A stretch of DNA of 64,000 bases from a virus (IMGVR_UViG_2751185671_000004:1-64000), one strand, 5' to 3'. Counted from the stretch's first letter, positions 49,601-58,660 are shown. The notes: generated from the sequence alone by a model not told the origin. Made by a program: numbers and translations.

Positions 49601-52169
49601 GCAAACAACATCGACCAATGATGCCGAGCGTAAGGTGACGTATTACCAATACAGCGTCTTTGGCAGTTTATCTTTAGCGACCAATATCGATGGCAGCACC
49701 GTCTCCATTACCTACGATGATTACGGTCGCCGCACTCGCATGGTTGATCCTGATAAAGGGGATATTACGTTTAAACCCAATGGCTTGGGCCAAGAAGTGG
49801 GACGTATTGCACCAGGTAATGTCACACAAAAAACCTTCTTCGATGCGTTGGGGCGTTCTGTTAAAGTCGAAACCAATGCGCCTGGCGGCAATCATGTAGG
49901 TACGTTTGACTATAAGGGGCCATTACTCGATATAGAGACCAGCTCTGAAGGCGTAAGTAATGAAGGCATTAGTAGAACCTTCTCTTACGATGCCTGGGGA
50001 CGCTCTAGAGGGATACAACACCGTGCGGATGGACATACATGGAATACGGCCACCACTTATGATCAGTATGGGCGCGTGTTCCAAGCGTTCGATATGTCCC
50101 AGAATTTCCGGGGTGTGCAATACACCTATACCAACGGCTACGCCACGCAATTAAAAGAAAGCCAAAATAGTAGCAAAGTCTATTATGAAGCCACCGATAT
50201 GGACGCCTACGGTAATGTCACTGATTGGGTGCTGGGCAACGGTCATAGTGGTCATGCTCGTTACGATGCGAAAACCGGTTATTTACAAACGGTGTATAGT
50301 GGCAACGGTATCGAAGCGGTGCAAAATAATTTATTTGAGTATGACGGCATCGGCAATTTACGAACCCGTACCGATCGTAGCGGCGGTTTAGCTTTTAATG
50401 AATTACAAGAGACCTTCGATTATGACAAATTGTTTCGATTAAAAACTGCGACCTTGCATACCACTAGCACACCTCAAGTGTTAGAGATGAGCTATTTTGA
50501 TAACGGCAATATTCAATCAAAATCGGATATTGGTAATGGCGGTATCTACGCTTATGGCACACAAAACAGTCAGTGTTCTATCACGCCTGGAGCGCATGCC
50601 TTAACGGGTATTGGTAGCCAACTACTTTACTGTTATGACGCACGCGGAAACCAAACCCATTCTTACGAGAGTGGCTCCTTAACACGTGAAGTGAATTACA
50701 CGGGTTACGATAAACCTAGTTTAATTTCTTCCGGCACTATCACCACCGCGTTTTTCTACGATGCTAACTTTAGTCGTTTTAAACGAGTGGATACCGGTGA
50801 CGGTGATGATCGAACGACTTACTATATTGGCAGTAATGAAGTGATCCATCATGACTCCGGTAAAATCGAGTACAAACGCTATATTGGCGATATGGTGCTC
50901 AATACCGTGGACAGTGATAATAACAACGAGACCCACTATTTTTACCGCGATCACTTAGGCTCTCTTGTCGCCATTGCCGATGCTGCAGGTACTGTATTAG
51001 AGAGGTTAAGTTACGACGCTTTCGGGCAACGCCGTGAAGGGGAAAGCTGGAACCCACTCTTCGATCCTTTTAATGATATGAGTGTGCAAACCGTAATGGA
51101 CATTACCACGCGGGGCTTTACTCAACATGAACACGTGGATCACGCCAATATTATCCATATGGGCGGACGTATTTACGATCCCGTCACTGGCCGCTTTGTC
51201 CAAGCTGATCCGATAGTTCAGGCGCCAGAAAACGGTCAGAGCTTGAACCGTTACAGCTATGTGTTTAATAATCCCTTAAGTTACACCGACCCTACCGGCT
51301 ACAGCGCACAAGGGACCATTTGTGAGCAAAAAGACCTGAACGGTGGCGTAGAAGATTTATGTACCATGGGCGGCTCCGGTGATGAGATTCAAGCGGTAAA
51401 CGCGGATATTCCCGCTGCCCCCACTACGGAAGGCGATGCGCAAACGGAAGAGAAAGCCACGGAAGAGGCGAATAATTCCACGGCTACGGAGACAGATACG
51501 GCTTCGGAGGGAGCTTTTGATTCTGATGGAGGTGGGGGAAACGAGGAAGATGAAAGCAATCCAGATATTGCAACCGCTGATGGAACTTACTTCTTTGGTG
51601 GTGCAGGTATAGACGGAAGTTATATAGATGATATGGCAAAATCGCTCGAAGAGTCAGGGATTTCAGATGTACATGCCATGGATAAAGATGTATGGTCTGA
51701 AAGTACCCCTGTTGATGCGAGCGCTGGTGTCTTTGCTCTTAGGGGAGGAGCGGACTTCTCCGGCCAGATTGAAGAGAAGTTTAAAAATAAAGGTGACGGG
51801 AAAGGCCAGTTTAATCTAATAGGATATTCCTATGGATCTCTAGTTGCAGCCCAAGCAGCAATGGCTAGAGTAAAAAATGGAGGGACAGTTGATAATTTGG
51901 TGCTGATTGGATCACCTATTAGTTCAGGGTTTTTGCGGACACTTAGGGAGACTGATAGTATCAGTAACATAATAGTAAAGGACTTGACTAACCGTGGAGA
52001 TCCAATAAATGCAGGGATGAGCGGAGGACAACTAATTATTAATGCGCCTAAATTGGCATATCAGATGACACAAGGGGCTGGACATTTTTATTATGCGCCT
52101 AGTGGTCAAAGCGGTAAAGAGCGGAGAAGAGAATTGGCTAAAGAATTGTATGAAGGAGGTCTAAGGTAA
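43695..52169 (+). CDS. Giant RHS/YD toxin: signal peptide, FN3 repeats, SpvB, FG-GAP, TcdB-mid-like, RHS core, lipase-like C-terminus (start likely 43842/43854)
   Basis: Y.YRVRACN..GCS.FS FN3 repeats; GGAATWSI..PRG..GGNGVLGVGWSL; DFNGDGLVD; YD repeats; DHLGS, HMGGRIYDP, NPLSYTDPTG; GYSYG. Confidence 0.92.
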   Translation: MCKEPCCMKKNHIGNMSSKTLCFNTPYAKILDRNMLTRRYIYYLRILLEMIFSMDFYSSRLSQLFNTLFTKTSSSHTLTYALCLGCLCLFSGQALATINGPTLRSIESVTLTFSPQVSNRAPLIRHYIRAYHNDTYVTQYNLRRVQRSIDTVLTRDGRWRFDYYHITEFCREYDHGPGTNCIDADEITRIDKHTVTVNATPTTPISVSGPSAHGTTLLPIQWGESERIVHEFVVQYKKTTDIKWQSRHVSPSGRSTSLPVSEGIYQVRVSACNTLSTSRRCSAPRSLSPNVAVARPAVPNITLPSTSGNGSYTVSWNTVNISTRYTLQESVNGATWTSVQDNSARSKAYTNQINASIRYRVRACNAIGCSNFSSAKTINIARKPGVPSSISVPGLYGSGSYTISWGASSDDITYYDLIQTPNRTLYQGLNLRYDISGQGIGEHRHGVRACKTVGSFTNCSDWRLSSIVTLAKPAATPTLSLLASDNDGEFGLRWTAIDNTLRYILQEISPSSSTWTTVESPSEARIQLSGRTSGTYSYRVQACNDLGCSDFSTAKSIEVAISPGIPPSISPPTNANFTIQWGASSGRVSSYQLEQRIGSGAWENIYRGDALTRELNLTQSGEHAFRVRACNTQNAYTSCSAWRSSNAVTISAPNAPSDITVPNEAGDALTITWTATTSNATLFSHYELEEQKDNGAWALIESTQETRLGHVLYEKGDYHYRVRTCQLSLCSPWVVSNTVTVVGAPDAPQAPVLATVPNLSAAEESTGSINSNVDVSAGGAATWSIDLDVPRGIGGFTPSVMLSYSSRGGNGVLGVGWSLSGASEIRRCRRYYEEDGFYREVLFTNQDAVCLNGQRLIPVNNAYFIEGTEYRLQFDPSTRIVYSGGNFEVSKPNGETWWFGTTSDSRMKKGNATYSWKLSQKVDPFNNTIDYSYTGDNSHTRRLSTISYSGNTIEFIYSEREDQSQYFYHGLSIVDNQLLTDIVISNHNNIAVNSYHFDHRLSQVSKRYLLRTMTRCDGAETGACLQPTTFEYEDTSGIGFVSPSEEIIVNLRDFMTVDGDVASDYCDQSFPIPDTHCQSQDLKLMDANGDGVRELLLVSNQGSTYRYQNIVVTPDSYTLGNVSGSGESFRAGFPAGSNGTISAWSVQAVVNDMNGDGHDTVEFMANFPSINTAPSLYADLDGNGIVEFAGGFNSDAENHAENYTNFPGRAKCPENATTTFEVESQAADVFDFNGDGLVDRLYRVNGICENELAQQRGQVGTLYYLLKNTTQGAVHSESAQPLLAANDDDFRLRGDINGDGYMDFRGAGCATGSGFNDCFGDHFGTQVLSSLGLSQLSDVNRDGRDDYIFLDGSTLKVALSYYGFATHVVNLGQVNWTNMSRTPRVMLVDLDGDGLPALVYFDIGKHRVHIRHDANTENKPVDVLRSVNNGLGREHTFKYGTLAYSDHYTPLDNAHTLNWGSPVFDGKGSMAIVEQMTMRTGKLLNNSKPYDFYYTKSYDYHYEGLRYQAGGRGSLGFSTFIKKDNDLKQTTTTYYRQDYPFNGQVKRQTRAVKNRDGTDVIVYERNVNVWEHRQFLSNKAHFIRAKEEEEKHFNINSGNGELIAGQKDLNTIVTERQWSSSPEHYPLLDVVTVTTYNHVSTSNENLVVTTTNTYGDENHNDWFIQRPTVIDTVRTLARSPSDIDSATQKRTLVYHSSGRVKSDERGDITNVSEYSKTATVYDSYGNPTDVTQCSSHYADACATRALPTDTDTDNMRFFRRVTSTFDTEGRYLTATGNGQFTIAAYSDFNALGLPQTHVNATGFTTESFYDAFGRVYFTRAVDGSSAQTIRSRCSNNCPRHAEYFTRVLSPSTPDSIHYFDLTGTEVATRTQTLTGEWSQVLREFDKHGRLIRQSQPYLTTDTPHFAEYSYDDLGRRWKDVAADGTTKTIGRIAGLVSTTVSTSYISSYETPVSNANIFQRTTKIVNGFGQTTSTNDAERKVTYYQYSVFGSLSLATNIDGSTVSITYDDYGRRTRMVDPDKGDITFKPNGLGQEVGRIAPGNVTQKTFFDALGRSVKVETNAPGGNHVGTFDYKGPLLDIETSSEGVSNEGISRTFSYDAWGRSRGIQHRADGHTWNTATTYDQYGRVFQAFDMSQNFRGVQYTYTNGYATQLKESQNSSKVYYEATDMDAYGNVTDWVLGNGHSGHARYDAKTGYLQTVYSGNGIEAVQNNLFEYDGIGNLRTRTDRSGGLAFNELQETFDYDKLFRLKTATLHTTSTPQVLEMSYFDNGNIQSKSDIGNGGIYAYGTQNSQCSITPGAHALTGIGSQLLYCYDARGNQTHSYESGSLTREVNYTGYDKPSLISSGTITTAFFYDANFSRFKRVDTGDGDDRTTYYIGSNEVIHHDSGKIEYKRYIGDMVLNTVDSDNNNETHYFYRDHLGSLVAIADAAGTVLERLSYDAFGQRREGESWNPLFDPFNDMSVQTVMDITTRGFTQHEHVDHANIIHMGGRIYDPVTGRFVQADPIVQAPENGQSLNRYSYVFNNPLSYTDPTGYSAQGTICEQKDLNGGVEDLCTMGGSGDEIQAVNADIPAAPTTEGDAQTEEKATEEANNSTATETDTASEGAFDSDGGGGNEEDESNPDIATADGTYFFGGAGIDGSYIDDMAKSLEESGISDVHAMDKDVWSESTPVDASAGVFALRGGADFSGQIEEKFKNKGDGKGQFNLIGYSYGSLVAAQAAMARVKNGGTVDNLVLIGSPISSGFLRTLRETDSISNIIVKDLTNRGDPINAGMSGGQLIINAPKLAYQMTQGAGHFYYAPSGQSGKERRRELAKELYEGGLR

Positions 52170-52465
52170 TGTCAGTAAATGTTAAGTTATCGATACCGTT
52201 TATTTTGTACTTAATAGCTTCATTTTTTAGTATTGGCAATTTATTTGCAATTGTACTCATGCATTGGAATTTTATCATTTCGGGTAAGGGGCTAGGTTCA
52301 TTTACTATCCTTTGGTTTATAGGATACTTTATCTTGTCGGTTGTCCTATGGGGAATAGCTTTTCTAATGGAAAGAAACTGGCAATGGACTATAGTTTTTT
52401 GGATTAGCGTTCTAGTTCCGATATTATTATTTACTTTTTTACCAGTAAGATTCTATATAGAATAG
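52169..52465 (+). CDS. Putative cognate immunity protein (3 TM)
   Basis: TAATG stop/start overlap with the toxin; hydrophobic 98 aa. Confidence 0.7.
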   Translation: MSVNVKLSIPFILYLIASFFSIGNLFAIVLMHWNFIISGKGLGSFTILWFIGYFILSVVLWGIAFLMERNWQWTIVFWISVLVPILLFTFLPVRFYIE

Positions 52466-52580
52466 TATGCCCCATTTAATATTTGACCCGGAGTATATAC
52501 GTGAATGTTGTAACATTGCTAAATAGTTCTTAGTTACATAAATCGAAATATACTCCTACTCAATTATTTTTACTCCAAAA

Positions 52581-53279
52581 ATGAAAAGAAAGAAATTAAT
52601 TCTTTTGCCCGGACTAGATGGGACGGGCAAATTGTTTAATGAGTTTTTAAATTATGCTGTAGATGTTGAAGTTATAGCTATTAGTTATCCCTACAACAAA
52701 ATACTATCATTTAGTCAGTACATTAAATTTATAGAATCAAGATTACCAAAAGACTCGGAAATCTTCTTACTCGCTGAATCCTTTTCAGGCCCATTAGCTG
52801 TTAATATTTTACTTAATAAGCAAATTAATATTTCTAGAGTTATATTCTGTGCGTCTTTTTCTGTATCTCCGTTTATCTATTTACTGAAGGCATTAAACTA
52901 TTATAGAAACATACTTCCAAACCCACATAATATACCGGACTCTCTAATTAAGCTATTCTGTGTTAACGGTGCTGAGCATTTAGTCAAAGAAGTTAAACAA
53001 GCTATACGATGTGTTGATCCGAAAGTTTTATTAAGTCGAGTAGCTCTACTATCAAAATTCGAAAAGAAAAAAATATTTATTGATAGTGATATAAGCCATG
53101 TTAAAGCATGTTATCTCATGGGGAAAAAAGACCGGTTGGTTTCAAGAAAATATGCTTTAAAGCTTAGTAAGTTTTTTTCTGATTTTGATATTTATGAAAT
53201 TAATGGCCCCCATTTTTTACTACAAAGCAACCCGTATGAATGCTGGAAATCAATCGAGTCCTTCATAAGTGATAATTGA
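52581..53279 (+). CDS. Alpha/beta hydrolase
   Basis: LLPGLDGTG, AESFSG, KKDRLV, GPHFLL. Confidence 0.85.
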   Translation: MKRKKLILLPGLDGTGKLFNEFLNYAVDVEVIAISYPYNKILSFSQYIKFIESRLPKDSEIFLLAESFSGPLAVNILLNKQINISRVIFCASFSVSPFIYLLKALNYYRNILPNPHNIPDSLIKLFCVNGAEHLVKEVKQAIRCVDPKVLLSRVALLSKFEKKKIFIDSDISHVKACYLMGKKDRLVSRKYALKLSKFFSDFDIYEINGPHFLLQSNPYECWKSIESFISDN

Positions 53280-53283
53280 TTTC

Positions 53284-53718
53284 TCAAGATATAAAAAATT
53301 CGACTTCTTCTTGTCGACGTTTCATTAACCCTTTCAGCTTTTTTCCGCCAGCCCACACCCATTTTTTTAGCTCATATGGAACACTATCATAGTCACTACG
53401 GTTTAGTTTTCTTCGTAGTGTAGAGCGCTGTAATGCACCTGATCCTAAATTAAAAGTAAAGGATACAAGGGCGTCAAATTGACCATCCGTTAAAGGTACA
53501 TTAATCAATTGGGTGACCGCTCTCTCTGCTGTTATTAAATCCTTTTTTAGTAGTTGCATGGCTTCTTCTTCAGTAACACCGTTACTAAAATCTTCATGAT
53601 CTCTGACTAAGTGGCCATAACCGATGGTCGGATAATTTGCGGGGCAAATATACACCGTTTTACTAAAGCCTTCATATTTTGTGATAAGGTCGATACCGGC
53701 TTGATTGGTTTTTCTCAT
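53284..53718 (-). CDS. Phage lysozyme (GH24 endolysin)
   Basis: YEG..YICPA..PTIGYGH, QFDALVSFTFNLG, GLMKRR. Confidence 0.95.
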   Translation of the reverse strand: MRKTNQAGIDLITKYEGFSKTVYICPANYPTIGYGHLVRDHEDFSNGVTEEEAMQLLKKDLITAERAVTQLINVPLTDGQFDALVSFTFNLGSGALQRSTLRRKLNRSDYDSVPYELKKWVWAGGKKLKGLMKRRQEEVEFFIS

Positions 53719-53729
53719 AAGTTTTTTTC

Positions 53730-54191
53730 TTAATGTGACTGTCTAAATTTTGATAGCGCACGCTGACCGAACCAAAAACTAATCACTGCCGCGAATAGTG
53801 CTTGTGTCTCTGCATCCCAGATTTGGGGGAGCGCTTGATATAGGTGAATGTTGTGATCGGTAATGAGGATATAAAGTGTGCACGCTTTGACAGACGCGAA
53901 CAGGGTGAAAAATAAATAAGTAATTACTGGCCGCACGGATGCACGTAGTTGCCCTACCCATCCCGCATTAGATAAACTGGCATCATGTTTATGCAGCGCA
54001 AGGCTTTCGTGAATATCAGCTTGTACGGCAATCTCCTCCATTCGCTGTGAATGATTTCGCTGCATCTGTCTTAGTTGAAGAGCAAGGATTTTGAGTTCAT
54101 GCTGCCGGTCATGCTTATCTTGTATTAAGTCAAAAAACTTCGGTAGAGTACTAGAGATAAACCCTAAGAGGCTCGCGAAAAGTGTCAGCAT
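53730..54191 (-). CDS. Putative holin
   Basis: LRASVRPVITY, SFWFGQR; next to the endolysin. Confidence 0.7.
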   Translation of the reverse strand: MLTLFASLLGFISSTLPKFFDLIQDKHDRQHELKILALQLRQMQRNHSQRMEEIAVQADIHESLALHKHDASLSNAGWVGQLRASVRPVITYLFFTLFASVKACTLYILITDHNIHLYQALPQIWDAETQALFAAVISFWFGQRALSKFRQSH

Positions 54192-54197
54192 TATTTT

Positions 54198-54470
54198 TTA
54201 TTCTCCAAATAATTTAAATTTAAGCGCAGTACCTGCAATCAAGGCGGCTAATATACTGGCAGTTAATAATCGGATTGTCGTTTGAAACGCTGTCTTTTTA
54301 GCAAGATTAAAAGCTCTTAAAAACGAACGCAGCTCTTTAATATCCTCAGCAGAGTTTTCATTATCGAGACCTATCGTATCCAGTGCATTTAATGCACCTT
54401 GTTCCGCTGCTTTACTGAGCAACATATCGAGTTCATGCTCTGTGAGGGTCTTTGTTTTTTGTTCAATCAT
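54198..54470 (-). CDS. DUF6127-like lysis-region membrane protein
   Basis: AAEQGA..AL..IGL..DIKELR, C-terminal TM. Confidence 0.65.
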   Translation of the reverse strand: MIEQKTKTLTEHELDMLLSKAAEQGALNALDTIGLDNENSAEDIKELRSFLRAFNLAKKTAFQTTIRLLTASILAALIAGTALKFKLFGE

Positions 54471-54536
54471 AAGGGATTCTCTTTCATTAAAAAGATATTA
54501 TTGAGATAAAAATGAAGGTGTGTAGAGTAAGAGTCG

Positions 54537-55508
54537 TTATGAGTTAGGCGTTTCTGCATCAAGCCGTGTTGTAAAACCGCTATTATTGAGTTGATGTTCG
54601 ACGTGTTTAATCAACCATTCACTATTAATCGGCTCCCGAAAATTATCGAGCTGTAGTTTCCCCTCTGCTTGTAATCGAGTGTCACCGATTAATGTAAGTG
54701 ATAGTGTGGCTGAGCCTCGATTTAACGCCTTTAACTTAGCCTCTACTGCCCGTCGTGCTTCTTCCGCATTAGCGTAGCTATGCCGTAGAGTAAATGCAGG
54801 CTTTCCTTCACCGGCTGTTATAGGAATTTTTTGAGCCGCTTGCGTATCGTGCCAATGAGCAATAACTGTTTTGTATTTCCCTCGCTCAGCTTGTGTCAGT
54901 CGATGCTGTATCACATTTTTTTTATTGAGGTTAATGATGGGTAAATTTTTACCTGAAATAGCTTTTGAATCGCCTTCAACAACTATGATAAGACTTTTAT
55001 TAGCAAGCTTAGCTATAGCGCCATTCTTTTTTGCGAGCCGTGTTAAAAAATGAAGATCTGATTCTTCAGTCTGATCTTCATGGCTAATGTTTATGTTTGA
55101 AAGGACTTCTGCAATACGCGGAATGACATCATGCTCAGTGGCAATAGTTTTAACGATATCGCCCAGTAATACATTATCCCAACTTCGCGTTTTAGGGGCC
55201 TTAATACTTTTAATTGTATCCGTAGCCTTACCGCGTATTGTTAAGGTATCGGGCGGGCCTGCATGTGATATTTCATCAATAATGTAACGGCCAACATTCG
55301 TGAGTCGTGCATTGTTATATCCTAAGAATACAGTAAGCTCTTCCCCAATGACTGGCCATTGAATACGGTTATCTCGATCATCTAATTGAATCTCGACAGT
55401 ATCTGATTTTATACCGGCTTCGTCTGTTACTCTTAAGGAGATTAATCGATCTTTAAGTATTGCTGTGATATCTATTGTGTTTGTAATGACTTTAAAATCT
55501 GGTGTCAT
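54537..55508 (-). CDS. Phage late control/tail hub protein GpD
   Basis: DRLISL.VTDEAG..SD..LDDRD, QTEESDLHFLTRLA. Confidence 0.92.
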   Translation of the reverse strand: MTPDFKVITNTIDITAILKDRLISLRVTDEAGIKSDTVEIQLDDRDNRIQWPVIGEELTVFLGYNNARLTNVGRYIIDEISHAGPPDTLTIRGKATDTIKSIKAPKTRSWDNVLLGDIVKTIATEHDVIPRIAEVLSNINISHEDQTEESDLHFLTRLAKKNGAIAKLANKSLIIVVEGDSKAISGKNLPIINLNKKNVIQHRLTQAERGKYKTVIAHWHDTQAAQKIPITAGEGKPAFTLRHSYANAEEARRAVEAKLKALNRGSATLSLTLIGDTRLQAEGKLQLDNFREPINSEWLIKHVEHQLNNSGFTTRLDAETPNS

Positions 55509-55526
55509 AATTAATTTTTGACTGTA

Positions 55527-55736
55527 TTAATCCCACAAGCGAATATCACCTGTCTTTTGATTAAGCTCTGGAAAGTCAGGTAATGTTATTATTATCCCTG
55601 CCGGCAATAACGCCGGTTGTTGAGATAATTTAGGATTAACATCGAGTACAGCTTCAACATAACGCGATGTTTCACCATAGTATTGATAGCAAATAGTATC
55701 TAATCGATCACCGTCTTTTGTCCTATAGTGAGTCAT
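55527..55736 (-). CDS. Tail protein X
   Basis: YRTKDGDRLDTICYQYYG..NP.L..LPAG..ITLP..LWD. Confidence 0.92.
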   Translation of the reverse strand: MTHYRTKDGDRLDTICYQYYGETSRYVEAVLDVNPKLSQQPALLPAGIIITLPDFPELNQKTGDIRLWD

Positions 55737-56118
55737 CGCCGTATCGTCCTAGATTAATCGTGAATGTTATTTTCCTTGGTAACCCATTAGCAGTAAAAAA
55801 TGTCTGTGTTTCCTCAATGCTTAATGCCACCCAATTTCCCCAGGCGATACCTTTTCCATCGACCATAATCAGTGGTTCACCATTACCCGCTAATGCTTTC
55901 AATTTCTCTATTTGATTTAATCCGCCTTTGTAGTGAGGCAAGATCATGCCTGTTAAATTTATTGTTTCTTCACCAAGGCCGATAAACTGCCTTGCTGGTC
56001 GGGCGTCTAGTCGCTCAACACTTGACCATCGATAGGCACAATTTCTTTTAAGCTCGCTGTAAGCCGCAGTATCTAGAGAAAATCTAAAATTACCCAGCGC
56101 TAACATTGTTTCACTCAT
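55723..56118 (-). CDS. Tail protein GpU
   Basis: MLALGNFRF..QFIG.GEETI.L.G..PRKI.FTI.L. Confidence 0.92.
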   Translation of the reverse strand: MSETMLALGNFRFSLDTAAYSELKRNCAYRWSSVERLDARPARQFIGLGEETINLTGMILPHYKGGLNQIEKLKALAGNGEPLIMVDGKGIAWGNWVALSIEETQTFFTANGLPRKITFTINLGRYGDDSL

Positions 56119-56120
56119 TA

Positions 56121-58451
56121 TTATTCTACTCCATCAAAAAGGTTTCCTCGGCGTTCTGCTTCGGCTCTGGCTTGCCGTTCATCTAACACTCGTTGTACTT
56201 CATTACCGACAGCCACAGCATCCATGTTAGGTGTTGTGTTAATTGTGATAGGCGCGTCTATACGCACCGCCTGTGTATTCTGAATACTAGCCGGACTTAG
56301 ATTATCGGGAAGTTCTGTTGTCGATAGTGGCGCTACTAGTGCGGTCGTAGTGGTAATCGCTGTACCAAGGGCAGCGGTTTTAACAGCATTATTTGTTTTC
56401 GCAATTTTATCTTGTAGCTCATTATTCTCATCACTACCGAAAACGAAAGATGCCACTTGGCCGAGTAGTTCAAACGGCAGCATTAATAAGGAAATTTTAT
56501 CAATTAGCCATGTAACCGCTTCAACCGTATTTTCTTTAATGCTTTCCCATATACTACTAAAAAAATTACTTACAGTGTCCCAGTGAGAGACGAGTAGTAC
56601 ACCGGCTGTGATTAATGAACCTATGCCTATAACGATTAAGCTAATCGGGTTAGCTGAGAGTGCAAGGTTCCAAGCCCATTGCGCGGCAGTGATAATCTTT
56701 GTTTTTAGTGCGGCTAATGTTGCTATTGTATTGAATCGAATAAACCCTAGCTGAGCCAAAGTAAACGCGGCTGAGAGTGTCCTATACGCAGTAACAAGCG
56801 ATAAAACACCCCCGTGTAAAAAAGTAAAGGCAAAAGCCCCAGCAATGGTCACAACTTTTAGAGTAGCAAGACCCACAGTTATTCCGACCACCCATTTTGT
56901 TAATGTCGGGAATGCTTGTGCGAAAGACGATACACCCCTGGCAACGGTGGCGAATCCCTTTGCCAATGATGCAATAGTCGGTAGTAAGACACTGCCGACA
57001 CTAATCGCCACACTCTCTAAAGCGCTACCCAGTGTTTTTAACGCCCCTGCCGTCGTGTCATTCATTTTTTGAGCAACGGCTTGTGCCGTGACTTGTTGAT
57101 TAACGAGATCTTGTATTTTTTGTTCTAAATTATTATTGGTTCCATCGTTAGCCTCATCAAACGTTTGCACTTGTTTGATAAGTTCAATCATTGCTGCCGA
57201 CGCTTCTTTACCAAATATTTTTGATATGATTTCTGCTTGTTCACCAGTGCCTAAATTCTGCGTAGCTTGTGCGACCTCTTCCAATATTTCGGGCATTGAG
57301 CGTAAATCGCCATTGGCGTTCTTAGTTTCAACGCCTAACTCTGCTAAAGCATCAGCAGCCATCCTTGGTGGAGCGGCTAATCGCAGGAAAGCAGAACGTA
57401 GAGCCGTGCCTGCCAGTGATCCGTGTAAGCCGACATCGCCTAATAATGCCGATATCGCGGCAACTTCTTCAATACTTGCACCAACACTGCTCGCGACAGG
57501 TGCTACAAATTTCATGGTTTCGCCAAGGCTTTCCAGTGTTGTATTCGATGTTGTAAATGTCCCAACTAATACATTCCCTACACGGTTCATCTCACTCGCC
57601 TCAAGGGCAAACCCACTCAGAATATTCGAGGCAATATCAGCAGATTGGCCAAGATCCGTCCCTGCCGCTTGGGCTAAATCTAAAACACCCGCTGTTGCCT
57701 GTAAGATTTGACCAGCGTTAAACCCTGACATCGCCAAGAATTTCATGGCAGAGGCAGATTCGGTGGCAGAAAAAGAGGTACTCGCCCCTAGGCGTTCCGC
57801 TTCGTCAGATAACCCTTGTAACACTTGTCCTTCAGTTCTTGAAATAGCCCCTAAGGTAGCAATAGATTGTTCAAAATCAATGGCGACATTTAAGGGCGTA
57901 GCAACGGTTGCCCCTATAGCCGCTGCATCAAATAGCTGCCCTCGTAACTCTGAACGTCTATTCGCATTTTGTTGCTGCGCTCGTATTGCTTGGCCAAGAC
58001 GTTGGTACTGCGCTGTTAATCGTGTAACAGAAGCACCTAAACGTGTATTATCCCGCGTTAAATCATTGGCAGAGAGTCCCGCCTGATCAAGGCTTTGTCG
58101 TGCACGCTGTAACCTTTCACGCTGTGTTTGTAAACGTTGGGATAAACGATTAGCCCGTTCTTGGGCTCGATTAAATTCACGGGTAAGTGAAGCGGTGGGT
58201 GCATCCGTTTGCGCTATTTCTCGACGAAGACGTGTGACATCACGTGCAGCCCGTTGATACTCGACCCGCGCTCCACCAACATTGGCCTCCGCCAATTGAA
58301 ACCGGCTAATAGCGCGTTGCTTCCCTTGTAAGTTATCCAGTGCAGAGCCGAGCAAGTTTAATTGGGTACGACTGCCTCTCACTGATGAACTCAACGAACC
58401 TGACACCGTTGCACCAATGTGCATAGCGAGTTTAAATACCGATGTAGCCAT
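56121..58451 (-). CDS. Tail tape measure protein (TP901-family core)
   Basis: FSATESASAMKFLAMSG, LGETMKFVAP, GS.AGTALR. Confidence 0.93.
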   Translation of the reverse strand: MATSVFKLAMHIGATVSGSLSSSVRGSRTQLNLLGSALDNLQGKQRAISRFQLAEANVGGARVEYQRAARDVTRLRREIAQTDAPTASLTREFNRAQERANRLSQRLQTQRERLQRARQSLDQAGLSANDLTRDNTRLGASVTRLTAQYQRLGQAIRAQQQNANRRSELRGQLFDAAAIGATVATPLNVAIDFEQSIATLGAISRTEGQVLQGLSDEAERLGASTSFSATESASAMKFLAMSGFNAGQILQATAGVLDLAQAAGTDLGQSADIASNILSGFALEASEMNRVGNVLVGTFTTSNTTLESLGETMKFVAPVASSVGASIEEVAAISALLGDVGLHGSLAGTALRSAFLRLAAPPRMAADALAELGVETKNANGDLRSMPEILEEVAQATQNLGTGEQAEIISKIFGKEASAAMIELIKQVQTFDEANDGTNNNLEQKIQDLVNQQVTAQAVAQKMNDTTAGALKTLGSALESVAISVGSVLLPTIASLAKGFATVARGVSSFAQAFPTLTKWVVGITVGLATLKVVTIAGAFAFTFLHGGVLSLVTAYRTLSAAFTLAQLGFIRFNTIATLAALKTKIITAAQWAWNLALSANPISLIVIGIGSLITAGVLLVSHWDTVSNFFSSIWESIKENTVEAVTWLIDKISLLMLPFELLGQVASFVFGSDENNELQDKIAKTNNAVKTAALGTAITTTTALVAPLSTTELPDNLSPASIQNTQAVRIDAPITINTTPNMDAVAVGNEVQRVLDERQARAEAERRGNLFDGVE

Positions 58452-58519
58452 GTGTTTTTGTATCTTCTTCGTGTATTTTTGTTTTTACTTTTTTTGTTTT
58501 TTTATTCTTTTTATTTTTT

Positions 58520-58660
58520 TTATCTTTGCTGAGGTAAAACATCGAGCCATTGCATCAGCTCGCTTATGTCAAGTTCGAGAAGTTCAGAGAGTGGCCAGCT
58601 AGTATGGCTTGCCAAGATGACGCAAGCGCGCCGGGTATCATGAGGGCTTAAGACAAAAAA
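58520..58660 (-). CDS. GpE' extension reached by programmed -1 frameshift
   Basis: T TTT TTG slippery site 58654-58660; -1 frame ..LASHTSWPLSELLELDISELMQWL..*. Confidence 0.8.
   Translation of the reverse strand, partial: FFVLSPHDTRRACVILASHTSWPLSELLELDISELMQWLDVLPQQR

Noticed and set aside
58452-58520. A/T-skewed intergenic tracts in the tail operon (also 62703-62811)
   Set aside because: Low-complexity sequence with no definable repeat unit or structure
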